A stretch of DNA of 64,000 bases from Oceanispirochaeta sp. (GTDB lineage Bacteria; Spirochaetota; Spirochaetia; DSM-2461): the NCBI GenBank assembly GCA_963666275.2, contig CAXXOA010000002.1, forward strand, positions 1,280,001 through 1,344,000, read 5' to 3'. The first letter of the stretch is position 1. Each line of letters starts with the position of its first letter. A model generated the notes under the pieces. It made no database searches and was not told the DNA's origin. It saw nothing but the letters and a program-made list of their open reading frames with translations. Shown in pieces: positions 38,050 through 47,206 of this stretch. Made by a program: the position numbers and the translations under genes.

Positions 38050-39072
38050 ATGAAACGTAAATCTATGAAAAAAGCCAGGCTGATCCGCTGGACCGTCCTG
38101 GCTGTCAGTACTGCCTTTTTTCTCTTTTTGGCCCGAATTATATCGGTACACGCCATCTGTCCCATCGGGGGATTTGAAATGTTTTTCAGCGGACTGTTCC
38201 GGTCAGGATTCTCCCTGGCAGGACTTTTTTCTGCCATGGTTGTAATTTTTCTGGCCATGTCTGTCCTTTCTGTCATTTTCAGACGGGCCTATTGCGGTTA
38301 TATCTGTCCCCTGGGGGCCTTACAGGAACTTTCCATGATGGCGGGGAAAAAGGTTCTTCCTGCTGGAATCAGAAACTGGAAAATCCCTGCAAAAATCGAC
38401 AGTACTCTGAAGTATGTGAAATATGCGGTTCTGGCTTCTTTTGTGGCTGGCGCGGCTATCGGCGCCGGACACTGGATGATCGCGGGAGATCCTTTCATTG
38501 TCCTTATAGGTTTATTCAGCGGCGGGAACCTGACTGATGCGTTCTCAAGAAATCCATCGGCCTTCCTTTTTCTTATAGGGATTCTTGTTTTTGCCTTTTT
38601 TCTGGGAAAGGGTTTTTGCAAATACCTGTGTCCCGCAGGAGCCTGGTACGCTCTCCTTTCTAAAATCAGTCCTAACAAGATCAAAAGAGATACTCACAAC
38701 TGTATTAATTGCGGCCTTTGTTCCAAAGCTTGTTCTATGGATATTGATGTGGCAAAATTAGAGACGGTAGATTCGGCAGAGTGTATCGGATGTCACGAAT
38801 GCGTTAATGCCTGCCCCGTCAATGGCGCCCTTTCCGCTCCCCTGGGGAAGGTGGATGTTAAATCTGCGGTTATTCCCTTTGCAGCCGCTGCGGTATTTTC
38901 TGGCAGTCTGCTTTTTGCTTCTGCCTCACAGCCCCAGGGAGAGCATTCTCACGGGGGAGGTGAAAAACATTTCAGCGCTGACCCGGAAGAAAGCGGCAGC
39001 GTAGACACTGTGTCTTTTGGAATCGGCGGATGCCCGGGCTGTACCGGTTGCGGACTCTGCACTGCGGTCTGA
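38050..39072 (+). CDS. Membrane 4Fe-4S binding protein (NapH/MauN/YccM-like)
   Basis: CPIG, CGYICPLG, CKYLCP, two CxxCxxCxxxC clusters, extra C-terminal CPGCTGCGLC. Confidence 0.88.
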   Translation: MKRKSMKKARLIRWTVLAVSTAFFLFLARIISVHAICPIGGFEMFFSGLFRSGFSLAGLFSAMVVIFLAMSVLSVIFRRAYCGYICPLGALQELSMMAGKKVLPAGIRNWKIPAKIDSTLKYVKYAVLASFVAGAAIGAGHWMIAGDPFIVLIGLFSGGNLTDAFSRNPSAFLFLIGILVFAFFLGKGFCKYLCPAGAWYALLSKISPNKIKRDTHNCINCGLCSKACSMDIDVAKLETVDSAECIGCHECVNACPVNGALSAPLGKVDVKSAVIPFAAAAVFSGSLLFASASQPQGEHSHGGGEKHFSADPEESGSVDTVSFGIGGCPGCTGCGLCTAV

Positions 39073-39094
39073 TCATTTAAAAAAGTGAGGTTTT

Positions 39095-39781
39095 ATGGAG
39101 AAAATCCTTATTGTGGAAGATGAGCAGGAGATCAATGATGTGGTCAATGACTATCTGTCTTCCCTGGGGTATGAGACTTATCAGTGCTTCAATGGAAAAG
39201 AAGCCTTGAAAGCTTTTGATGAGAGAGATTTCGATCTTGTGATTCTGGACCTGATGATGCCCGGTATTGATGGTATTGAAACGGCCCGTCGGATACGTCA
39301 GGACAGTCTGGTCCCCATACTGATGCTTACCGCAAGAGATTCAGAAGCCGATAAAGTTTTAGGACTGGAAATCGGAGCGGATGCCTATATGACTAAGCCT
39401 TTCAGTATCCGGGAACTGGGCGCCCAGGTGAGATCAATTCTGCGGAGATGGGCTGCCGGAAAAGAAGTCCCTGATGATCAGTCTCCCCTTTCTCACCGGG
39501 GAGTGGAGCTGGATCTGCTGAGGAGAATTGTGATAAAAAACGGAGCTCCTGTCAAAATGACAACAGCCCAGTTCGACCTTCTGACCATACTTCTGAAAAA
39601 TCCCGGCAGGGTCTATACCAGGGGCGAGCTCATTGAAGCATTGAGCGGGTATCAGTACGAAGGGTATGAAAGGACCATCGATGTGCAGATCAAAAATCTG
39701 AGAAAGGCTCTGGAAGACGACCCCAGCCATCCAAGTTTAATCGAGACTATCTGGGGAGTGGGGTATAAGGTCGCCGAATGA
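39095..39781 (+). CDS. OmpR-family response regulator
   Basis: VEDE, LDLMMPG, MLTA, KPFS, RTIDVQIKNLR, TIWGVGY. Confidence 0.95.
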   Translation: MEKILIVEDEQEINDVVNDYLSSLGYETYQCFNGKEALKAFDERDFDLVILDLMMPGIDGIETARRIRQDSLVPILMLTARDSEADKVLGLEIGADAYMTKPFSIRELGAQVRSILRRWAAGKEVPDDQSPLSHRGVELDLLRRIVIKNGAPVKMTTAQFDLLTILLKNPGRVYTRGELIEALSGYQYEGYERTIDVQIKNLRKALEDDPSHPSLIETIWGVGYKVAE

Positions 39782-41214
39782 TTTTCAATTATAGAAAAAA
39801 CGGCATCAGAATGGAGTTGATAGCCGGGTTTGCAGCAGTCATTTTTATCAGCAGCCTCATTACCTACTTTATTATTCTGCTCTGGAGCCGCAGCAGTTTC
39901 GATGATCTTGTGAAAGCCAATGATGTGGAAACCGCCGCTCTCTATGCCGAATCCCTGGGGGGATTCTATGAAAATGAACAATCCTGGGAAAATGTGGGTG
40001 ATGCATTAGGAAACATTCATATCAGAGATGATGAACTCTTCAAAGAGCCTGACCGCTATGATGATCACAGGCATCCCCGGGAAGGGGAAGTCCCCATTGT
40101 CATTTTGGATTCCCGGGGAGAGGTCGTTTACAGCGGTATCTCCTTTAAGAACCCTTCGGAAACAGTCGATTCCCTCTCTTTGAAACCCGCCAAGGGCGAG
40201 AAGATCATGGCAGATGGAAAAGTCGTAGGATCGGTCTTTTTCAAGTCCATGCTCTTCCGGAGTTACAATCCCCAGGAACGGGTGTTTCTTCTCTCCCTGG
40301 CAAAATCTCTGGGGCTTTCCGTTTCCATCGGATTGATTCTCTCCCTTTTTCTGGGAAGTCTTCTGGCCGCCAGGTTCACCAGACCCATCATCCTGCTGGA
40401 AAACGCTGTAAGGAAAATCTCCCGGGGAGAAAAAGATCCCAGAGTTGTAATTAACCGGAAGGATGAGATCGGCAGCCTGGCAGTGAGTTTCAATCGTATG
40501 ACCGAACAGCTGCGCATTACGGAAGAGGCCCGTCAGAATCTGCTGGCAGATATTGCCCATGAGCTGAGGACTCCCGTCAGTATTCTGCAGGCCAATCTGG
40601 AAATGATTCAGGAGGGAGTCTACAGAGCGGATGATGAGAAGCTGAAAAGTCTGTACAAGGAAACCGTCCTCATGTCCAGCCTGATTAAGGATCTCCGTTC
40701 CCTGAGTGATCTGGAAGTGGGTATCGCCGCGATGAAATGCGAACCTTTCGAGCTGACAAATTTCATAAGGGAAACCTGCGGGAAATATTTACCTCTTTTT
40801 GAGGAAAAGCATGTCAGTCTGACTCTTTCCATGGGAAACTCTCTGACCGTTTCAGCAGATGAAGATAAAATCCGGCAGGTGCTGGGAAACCTTCTGGGCA
40901 ATGCTTTGAAATACGCCCCCGAAAACAGCGAAGTGAGAGTCTCAACCCGGGAATTCAAAGATGATTCGGGTGAGGATTTTGTTCGGATCACCGTGGAGGA
41001 TCACGGCTCCGGGATACCGGAGGAGAGCCGGGAAAAGATCTTCGAAAGGTTTTACAGGGTTGATCAGTCCAGAAGCCGCCATTCCGGAGGAAGAGGCCTG
41101 GGGCTGGCCATCAGCCGGAAAATTATTGAAATTTCCCGGGGATCTATGGGAGCGGAAAACAGAGAGCCTCATGGCCTCAAAGTCTGGTTTACACTGCCTG
41201 TCAACAGGCCGTAG
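39778..41214 (+). CDS. Sensor histidine kinase (BaeS-like)
   Basis: HAMP, DIAHELRTP, NALKY, DHGSGI, FERFYR, GLGLAI. Confidence 0.95.
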   Translation: MIFNYRKNGIRMELIAGFAAVIFISSLITYFIILLWSRSSFDDLVKANDVETAALYAESLGGFYENEQSWENVGDALGNIHIRDDELFKEPDRYDDHRHPREGEVPIVILDSRGEVVYSGISFKNPSETVDSLSLKPAKGEKIMADGKVVGSVFFKSMLFRSYNPQERVFLLSLAKSLGLSVSIGLILSLFLGSLLAARFTRPIILLENAVRKISRGEKDPRVVINRKDEIGSLAVSFNRMTEQLRITEEARQNLLADIAHELRTPVSILQANLEMIQEGVYRADDEKLKSLYKETVLMSSLIKDLRSLSDLEVGIAAMKCEPFELTNFIRETCGKYLPLFEEKHVSLTLSMGNSLTVSADEDKIRQVLGNLLGNALKYAPENSEVRVSTREFKDDSGEDFVRITVEDHGSGIPEESREKIFERFYRVDQSRSRHSGGRGLGLAISRKIIEISRGSMGAENREPHGLKVWFTLPVNRP

Positions 41215-41304
41215 ATCTCAATGAAAGAGATGGTCCGGTAATCTTGTAATTTTGTGACATCAGGACTAATTTCTAAGACTAATTTGTTTCTGAAGGAGTG
41301 AAGA

Positions 41305-41841
41305 ATGCATAAAGAAATAGACCCCTATGATTATATGAATACCATATTGCAGGGAATCAGAAAGGGCGTTTTACTGACTACAAAAAAAGATGACATCGTC
41401 AATACCATGACTATCTCCTGGGGACAGATCGGAATTGAGTGGAACAAACTGATTTTTACATCCTATGTAAGGACCGGGCGTTTTACCCATGAACAGCTGA
41501 AGAGCGGAGAGTTTTCTATTAATATTCCCATAGACCGGGAAGGGGCAGGGAAAATCCTGGGATATGCCGGAACCGTAAGCGGAAGAAATACAGATAAAAT
41601 CAAAGATCTGGGGCTGACCCTCATAGAAGGGAAAAATATTTCTGTTCCCGGAATCAGAGAGTGTCCGCTGACCCTGGAATGCCGTGTTCTCTATAAGCAG
41701 CTCCAGGACTCGTCTGCTATTCCGGAAAAATTCCTGGAATCCATGTATCCTCAGGATGTGGATTCGGGTTTCCATGGCGCCAACAGAGACTTTCATACCA
41801 TGTTCTATGGGGAAATCGTCTCCTCCTATATTCTCGAATAG
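41305..41841 (+). CDS. Flavin reductase-like FMN-binding protein
   Basis: NTMTISWG, VR..RFT, GTVSGR..DK, LECRV, HTMFYGEI. Confidence 0.85.
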   Translation: MHKEIDPYDYMNTILQGIRKGVLLTTKKDDIVNTMTISWGQIGIEWNKLIFTSYVRTGRFTHEQLKSGEFSINIPIDREGAGKILGYAGTVSGRNTDKIKDLGLTLIEGKNISVPGIRECPLTLECRVLYKQLQDSSAIPEKFLESMYPQDVDSGFHGANRDFHTMFYGEIVSSYILE

Positions 41842-41966
41842 GAAAGAAATTTCCCTGGGCAGTCACAACAGGTGAAACAGGTCAGGAATCAGTTTGAATA
41901 AAGAACAAGCGTTGTTTATTGACTTTGCCGTGAGAACTCTGTCCGGATATCTGAAAAATATCTTTT

Positions 41967-41985
41967 ATTCATATTCCTTTTACAT
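41967..41985 (+). promoter_or_regulatory. Candidate OmpR/PhoP-type direct-repeat box
   Basis: ATTCATATTCCTTTTACAT, 18/19 identical to 37981-37999. Confidence 0.6.
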
Positions 41986-42083
41986 TTTTTGAAGAACCTG
42001 TACCCATCACTTACTGGAATCGTATCTGCAAAAGTTGATTTCAATAGTGATAAATACATTTTTTTAATATATGAGAGGACAAA

Positions 42084-43445
42084 ATGAAGTTTCTAAAGAG
42101 AATTATTCCGGCAGTATTTTCCCTGCCGCTGTTGTTTTCCTGTGCCAGTCAAGGAGATGAAAATATGGCAATAGAGAATCCCTATTCAGCAGGCATGCCC
42201 GCAGTCGAGGGGGTAACAGCTATTGTCAGGATTTTCGGGGACGGTCAGAAAGTGTCCGCTGTGGCGGTGGAATACAGTGAAGCCATTGATGGCGGATCTC
42301 TGGATCTTTCGGATTTTACTGTACCCGATCGTGAGGTCACTGCCGTGTATACCAATGACAGTGCCTCTGTGTCAGGACAGGAAACAAAGGGGAATTTCGT
42401 TATAATTGAACTGGAGACTTCCATTTCTCCTGAGAGTGCTTCCATGGGCGGCGGCCCCGCAAAGGATGACGGGGAAGGCGGTCAGGGCGGGCCTTCTGAA
42501 AATGCGGGCGAGGGGGGCGCACCGGGATTCGCCGGTCCCCAGCTGGGCCAGGTTTCAGATAAATCTGCTGATCCTGTGATTCTCAGCGCTGTTATTGTTC
42601 AATCTGGGGATATTACAGCCAAAAATGGTCTGACCGTGGCTGGTTCCGGAGCGGAAATGAAGAGCGATAACACTGTAAGCCCTGATACGGAGGATTTCCT
42701 GCAGCTTGTCTATCATGACAGCGAGTATGAAAAAGACCTTATGTACAATCTTTATGTTCCCGAAAATTATGATCCTGCTAAAGAGTATCCTCTGATCCTT
42801 TTTATGCATGATGCCGGTGTGGTCAGCAACAATCATACAGAAACCCTGACACAGGGGTTGGGAGCGGTAATCTGGGCTTCTGATGCAGACCAGGCCCGGC
42901 ATGAGAGCTTTGTTCTCGCCCCTCAGTACAATGCCATTATGGCGGATGATAATTCAGAGACTTCTGTCGATATGGATGTTACTGTCAACCTGCTGAAATC
43001 TCTCATGAAGGAATACAGCATTGATCCGGACCGGCTGTACAATACAGGGCAGTCCATGGGAGGGATGACCTCTATTGCTATGGATATTAAATATCCGGAC
43101 CTTTTTGCCGCGTCCCTGCTTGTGGCCTGTCAGTGGGATCCCGAACTGGTAGCCCCCATGGCTGATATTCCTTTGTGGATTGTGGTTTCCCAGGGAGATA
43201 ACAAAGCGAATCCCGGGCAGGATGCCATTACGGCGGTTCTTGCTGAAAACGGAGCCACCATTGCCAAAGCCACCTGGAATGCCGAGGCGGATAAAGAAAC
43301 CCTCCAGCAGAATGTGGAAGAGATGCTGAGTCAGAATGCTTCGGTGAACTACACCGTTTTTGAGGGTGGAAGTCATCGCTACACCTGGCAGTATGCTTAT
43401 TCTATCGATGGAATCAGAGACTGGCTTTTTACCCAGCAGAAGTAA
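42084..43445 (+). CDS. Lipoprotein esterase/peptidase with N-terminal Ig-like domain (alpha/beta hydrolase)
   Basis: Lipobox LFS-C; YNLYVP, YPLILFMHDAG, nucleophile motif GQSMGG, H..W. Confidence 0.82.
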   Translation: MKFLKRIIPAVFSLPLLFSCASQGDENMAIENPYSAGMPAVEGVTAIVRIFGDGQKVSAVAVEYSEAIDGGSLDLSDFTVPDREVTAVYTNDSASVSGQETKGNFVIIELETSISPESASMGGGPAKDDGEGGQGGPSENAGEGGAPGFAGPQLGQVSDKSADPVILSAVIVQSGDITAKNGLTVAGSGAEMKSDNTVSPDTEDFLQLVYHDSEYEKDLMYNLYVPENYDPAKEYPLILFMHDAGVVSNNHTETLTQGLGAVIWASDADQARHESFVLAPQYNAIMADDNSETSVDMDVTVNLLKSLMKEYSIDPDRLYNTGQSMGGMTSIAMDIKYPDLFAASLLVACQWDPELVAPMADIPLWIVVSQGDNKANPGQDAITAVLAENGATIAKATWNAEADKETLQQNVEEMLSQNASVNYTVFEGGSHRYTWQYAYSIDGIRDWLFTQQK

Positions 43446-43517
43446 TACCCCTGAAGAGATCTGTCCCAGTATGATAGTTGGGAATTCATGGGGCAGAGTC
43501 TCTTTGTGAGGTACTTG

Positions 43518-43550
43518 ATACCCCCTTTTTGTTCAAAGGGGGTATTTTTT
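43518..43550 (+). terminator. Intrinsic terminator
   Basis: ATACCCCCTTT-N6-AAAGGGGGTAT followed by T-run. Confidence 0.75.
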
Positions 43551-43613
43551 AGAGTTCTATAAACATATCCTTCCTTCATCACGCGATCTGTTCTTTGCGT
43601 TATAACCGAAGCC

Positions 43614-44093
43614 CTATATTCTGCAATCTTTATGGATTAGAACCATGACCTGCCTTGCTGCCGGCTGCGCGATAAGGGCTTCTATCAGGAACGCGATGGT
43701 CATGTTTCTGGGCCATAGATGGACGAAATGCCGTATAGGATCCCATGTGACCGATCCCGTCCCTATCCAGGTGCCAATAATCGTCAGAAAAAAGGAAATG
43801 AAGAGAACAGAGCAGAGAGTATTAATTGTCATCACCGCACTGAAGCTGTCCCCCTGTTTCACCAGTTTCGAAGTCAGCCATTCCGACGGTTTATAAGTTA
43901 TCAGAACAACCGCAATAACAGAGGGCCAGAGCAGGGGCAGTACTCTCATAACCTTGAACCAGTTCTGAATCCTGAATCCTATTTCCAGGCAGGTTATGAT
44001 CGGAGCGATCAAGCTGACTGATATGACAGAGACAACAGCCATAAACAGGGCAAACTCCCTCTTGTTGCGGGGCAGTTTATTAAAAAAATCCAT
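43614..44093 (-). CDS. DUF2798-like small membrane protein
   Basis: LPRNKRE..LF, four hydrophobic helices, WPRN...AF..E.LIAQPAAR; AAGGAG RBS. Confidence 0.7.
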   Translation of the reverse strand: MDFFNKLPRNKREFALFMAVVSVISVSLIAPIITCLEIGFRIQNWFKVMRVLPLLWPSVIAVVLITYKPSEWLTSKLVKQGDSFSAVMTINTLCSVLFISFFLTIIGTWIGTGSVTWDPIRHFVHLWPRNMTIAFLIEALIAQPAARQVMVLIHKDCRI

Positions 44094-44116
44094 TCATTAC
44101 TCCTTTTTATGAAGGC

Positions 44117-44206
44117 AAAAAAAAAGCACGGAGCTGTAAAGCCCCGTGCTGAACCATTATACGCACTGGTCATGTTCAATGTATGAAAATCGGTGAAAAT
44201 AGTCAA
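44117..44206 (-). promoter_or_regulatory. Promoter plus short leader with intrinsic terminator (attenuator/riboswitch candidate)
   Basis: TTGACT (44206-44201), 17 nt, TACATT (44183-44178); 10-bp stem AGCACGGGGC-TTTACA-GCTCCGTGCT with U-tract ending 24 nt before the ATG. Confidence 0.7.
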
Positions 44207-44226
44207 GGACATGGAAATCCCTTCCA

Positions 44227-44265
44227 TTTACAAAAGAGGAGAAATCCATTCACATTTTATTCATG
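44227..44265 (+). promoter_or_regulatory. Candidate OmpR/PhoP-type direct-repeat box
   Basis: TTTACA 44227, TTCACA 44249, TTCATG 44260; same 22/11-bp phasing as 37960-37998. Confidence 0.5.
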
Positions 44266-44350
44266 GTCTCAATCTATCCTGTAAATCAATAAAAGATTAA
44301 CACCCTTTTGAAAGAGAACTTCCAAAGGGGAAAAAACAGGAATATGGAAA

Positions 44351-45487
44351 ATGAAAAGAAAAACAGGACTCATCACTACTTTATTGCTGTTCACTATGGG
44401 ATTGACCAATTGCCTGGTTCAGACAGCCAGCGCAGCAGAAACTCCTCTGTTGGACGGGAACGAATTGTTTACAAAACGGGATCTGCAACAGACTGCTGAT
44501 CTGAATGGCGCGGTAAGCCTGACTATGACCAGCGGGAGAGACTCGGTTGTGACAAAAGAAGGCGTCTATCTTCTGAGCGGAACTTATATAAACACGACAC
44601 TTACCATAGATGTGGGAGATGAAGCAAAAGTCCAGCTTGTTCTTGACGGCTTCAACATCACCAACAGGGACAGCCCTGCTATCTATGTCAAATCCGCTGA
44701 CAAGGTTTTCATCTCCACGGAGAACAGGAAGAGTTCTCTCCAGGTTACGGGAAATTACTTATCCGACGGGGAAACCCATCTGGATGCGGTCATTTTTTCA
44801 CGGGATGACCTGACCTTTAACGGAACGGGTTCACTTGAAATCATTTCCGTTCAGGGAAACGGTATTTCTACTAAAGACGACCTGAAAATTACAGGCGGCG
44901 CTCTTTCCATCACATCAAAGAAAGACGGTCTGGAAGCAAACGATTCCATCAGGATTAACGGCGGAAACATTACCGTGACATCCGGAAAGGATGCCCTTCA
45001 CAGTGAGAATGATGACGATTCCTCCCTGGGCTACATTTATATAAACGGAGGCACCCTGAATATATCTGCAGCCGATGACGGTGTGCAGGGAACGACCATT
45101 GTTCAGATAGACGGCGGGGATCTTACAGTAGCGAAATGCCAGGAAGGCATTGAAGCCACCCATATACAGATTAATGGAGGCAATATCACTATCAGCGCTC
45201 AGGATGACGGGATCAATGCCGCGGCCAAAAGTCCAATGGAAGTGGTTCTGGAAGTGAACGGGGGGGACATAAATATTACCATGGCCACAGGTGATACGGA
45301 TGCCTTCGATTCCAATGGAGACCTGTATATCAGAGGGGGGAATATCGATGTCACAGCCCGGTCCGCCTTTGATGCGGACAAAACCGCCCAGATGACCGGG
45401 GGCAATGTCACGGTGAACGGTGCTGTAGTTACCCAGCTTACGACCCAGGGCTTCGGCGGCCACGGTGGCGGCGGCAGGAGGCACTAG
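44351..45487 (+). CDS. Secreted carbohydrate-binding beta-helix protein (DUF4353/Cthe_2159-like)
   Basis: Signal peptide; repeated I.I.GG.I.I.A.DDG units. Confidence 0.85.
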   Translation: MKRKTGLITTLLLFTMGLTNCLVQTASAAETPLLDGNELFTKRDLQQTADLNGAVSLTMTSGRDSVVTKEGVYLLSGTYINTTLTIDVGDEAKVQLVLDGFNITNRDSPAIYVKSADKVFISTENRKSSLQVTGNYLSDGETHLDAVIFSRDDLTFNGTGSLEIISVQGNGISTKDDLKITGGALSITSKKDGLEANDSIRINGGNITVTSGKDALHSENDDDSSLGYIYINGGTLNISAADDGVQGTTIVQIDGGDLTVAKCQEGIEATHIQINGGNITISAQDDGINAAAKSPMEVVLEVNGGDINITMATGDTDAFDSNGDLYIRGGNIDVTARSAFDADKTAQMTGGNVTVNGAVVTQLTTQGFGGHGGGGRRH

Positions 45488-46198
45488 ATGGGAAAGGATA
45501 TCTGCCTGTTTGAAAGGAAAGAACTGAAATATCTGATCAGCCGGAGTCAGTGGGATAATCTGCTTCCTTCCATAGGCAGATATATCCAGAGAGATAACTA
45601 TCACAAATATACCATCTGCAATGTCTATATGGACTCTCCCGATTACCGGTTTATCCGGAAGAGTCTGGAGAGACCGGTCTACAAAGAAAAACTCCGCCTG
45701 AGAAGCTACGGACAGATAGGAATGCAGGAAGGGGTCTTTCTGGAGCTGAAGAAGAAATATAAGGGCATTGTTTACAAACGAAGAACCAGAATGTCCCATG
45801 AGGATGCTCTGAAATTTCTTTCGGGAGAGGGCAAAGCAAACGGCCAGATAGAGAGGGAAATCCTGTATTTTCTCAATCAGAACAAAGGCATCGCTCCGGC
45901 CATGTATATTTCCTATGAAAGAGAAGCCTGGCGGGGAAGGGCCGACGGGGATTTGCGCATAACCCTGGACCGAAATATTCTCTGGCGTGAAGATAATCCG
46001 AATCTCTCCTCCAGACCTTCGGGAAACAGTCTTCTGCATGAGGATGAACGGCTTATGGAAATCAAATGCGTCGGTTCGATGCCTTTATGGTTGACGGACG
46101 CTCTCTCCCGAAATCGGATTTACAAGACCTCCTTTTCCAAATTTGGAAAAGCCTACGGTCGACGGCTCAGCGCTGATAAGGCCAAAAGAGCCTGCTGA
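45488..46198 (+). CDS. VTC (polyphosphate polymerase) domain protein
   Basis: RKELKY, KEKLRLRSY, LELKKK, KRR, RITLD, MEIK, SFSKF. Confidence 0.88.
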   Translation: MGKDICLFERKELKYLISRSQWDNLLPSIGRYIQRDNYHKYTICNVYMDSPDYRFIRKSLERPVYKEKLRLRSYGQIGMQEGVFLELKKKYKGIVYKRRTRMSHEDALKFLSGEGKANGQIEREILYFLNQNKGIAPAMYISYEREAWRGRADGDLRITLDRNILWREDNPNLSSRPSGNSLLHEDERLMEIKCVGSMPLWLTDALSRNRIYKTSFSKFGKAYGRRLSADKAKRAC

Positions 46199-46220
46199 AA
46201 AAATTAAAAAGGAATACAGA

Positions 46221-46913
46221 ATGAATTCATTAACAGAAATGCTGTCAGAATCGAATCAGGCGGCCCTGGTATCCTTCGGGGCTTATGGGGTCAATCTTAT
46301 TACAGCCCTTCTTCTTGGGACCGTGTTTTCCCTGATTATTCAATGGAAGAGCAAGGTTTCCAAGTCCTTCGCACTGACTATCGCCATGCTGCCTCCCGTG
46401 GTCTGCGCCATATTCATGATGGTCAACGGCTCTCTGGGGGCGGGAGTCGCCGTCGTGGGCGCCTTCTCTCTTGTGCGATTCCGCTCCGTCCCCGGCACAG
46501 GCCGTGAAATAATGGCTCTCTTTATAGCCATGGCCCTGGGGCTTACATGTGGAACGGGAAATCTGATTTATGCTCTGATTTTCGCTTTGATCATTATAGG
46601 GGGACTGCTTGTCCTTGAGAAACTGAAATTCGGTGAGATTTTCAGTACGAACGGAGAGAGAACGCTCACCATTACGATCCCGGAAGATCTGAACTATAGT
46701 CATGTGTTTGATGACCTTTTTACACAGTATACGGAAAAATCGCGTCTGATCGGAGTGAAAACGACGAATATGGGAAGTCTCTTCAAACTCAGCTACCACA
46801 TTGAATTGAAAAATCCCTCTCTGGAAAAAGAGTTCCTGGATGACCTGAGAGTACGGAACGGAAATCTGGAAATCAGCAGTACCATTACGGCAACAGGAAG
46901 CGGGGAGCTTTGA
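46221..46913 (+). CDS. DUF4956 domain membrane protein
   Basis: GAGVAVVGAFSLVRFRS, TITIPEDL, LRVRNGNLEI; ATG 46221 after AAGGA. Confidence 0.88.
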   Translation: MNSLTEMLSESNQAALVSFGAYGVNLITALLLGTVFSLIIQWKSKVSKSFALTIAMLPPVVCAIFMMVNGSLGAGVAVVGAFSLVRFRSVPGTGREIMALFIAMALGLTCGTGNLIYALIFALIIIGGLLVLEKLKFGEIFSTNGERTLTITIPEDLNYSHVFDDLFTQYTEKSRLIGVKTTNMGSLFKLSYHIELKNPSLEKEFLDDLRVRNGNLEISSTITATGSGEL

Positions 46914-47206
46914 TCAGAGTTTATTATACAGGGTTTCTATAGAAGGAGATGAAAATAGAGGGGAATCCAAAGGTTGGAGTTTCAGATACGTCAGGTTCTA
47001 TAAGAGTAGAAGATTTCATGAGGCTCCGGACAATCGCACTCGGGAGTAAATGTAACAGTCATTCCAGGTGAAAAAAGATATATCAGCTTAGCAGGAGTTC
47101 TCCTTAAGTATCACAATTGACTGTCTTCCAACTGGGGCTCATCATAGGACGCGGGAAAAAAGGAAAGATTGAGGTTTTGTGCTTTGGTGCTGAATCTCTG
47201 TATGCG

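Noticed and set aside
44915..46039. 374-aa minus-strand ORF
   Set aside because: Antisense to the in-frame DUF4353 and VTC genes
46914..47199. Gap left of the IS, with a 40-codon ORF from 46949
   Set aside because: No RBS spacing and no motif; it does not continue the ORF truncated on the other side of the IS
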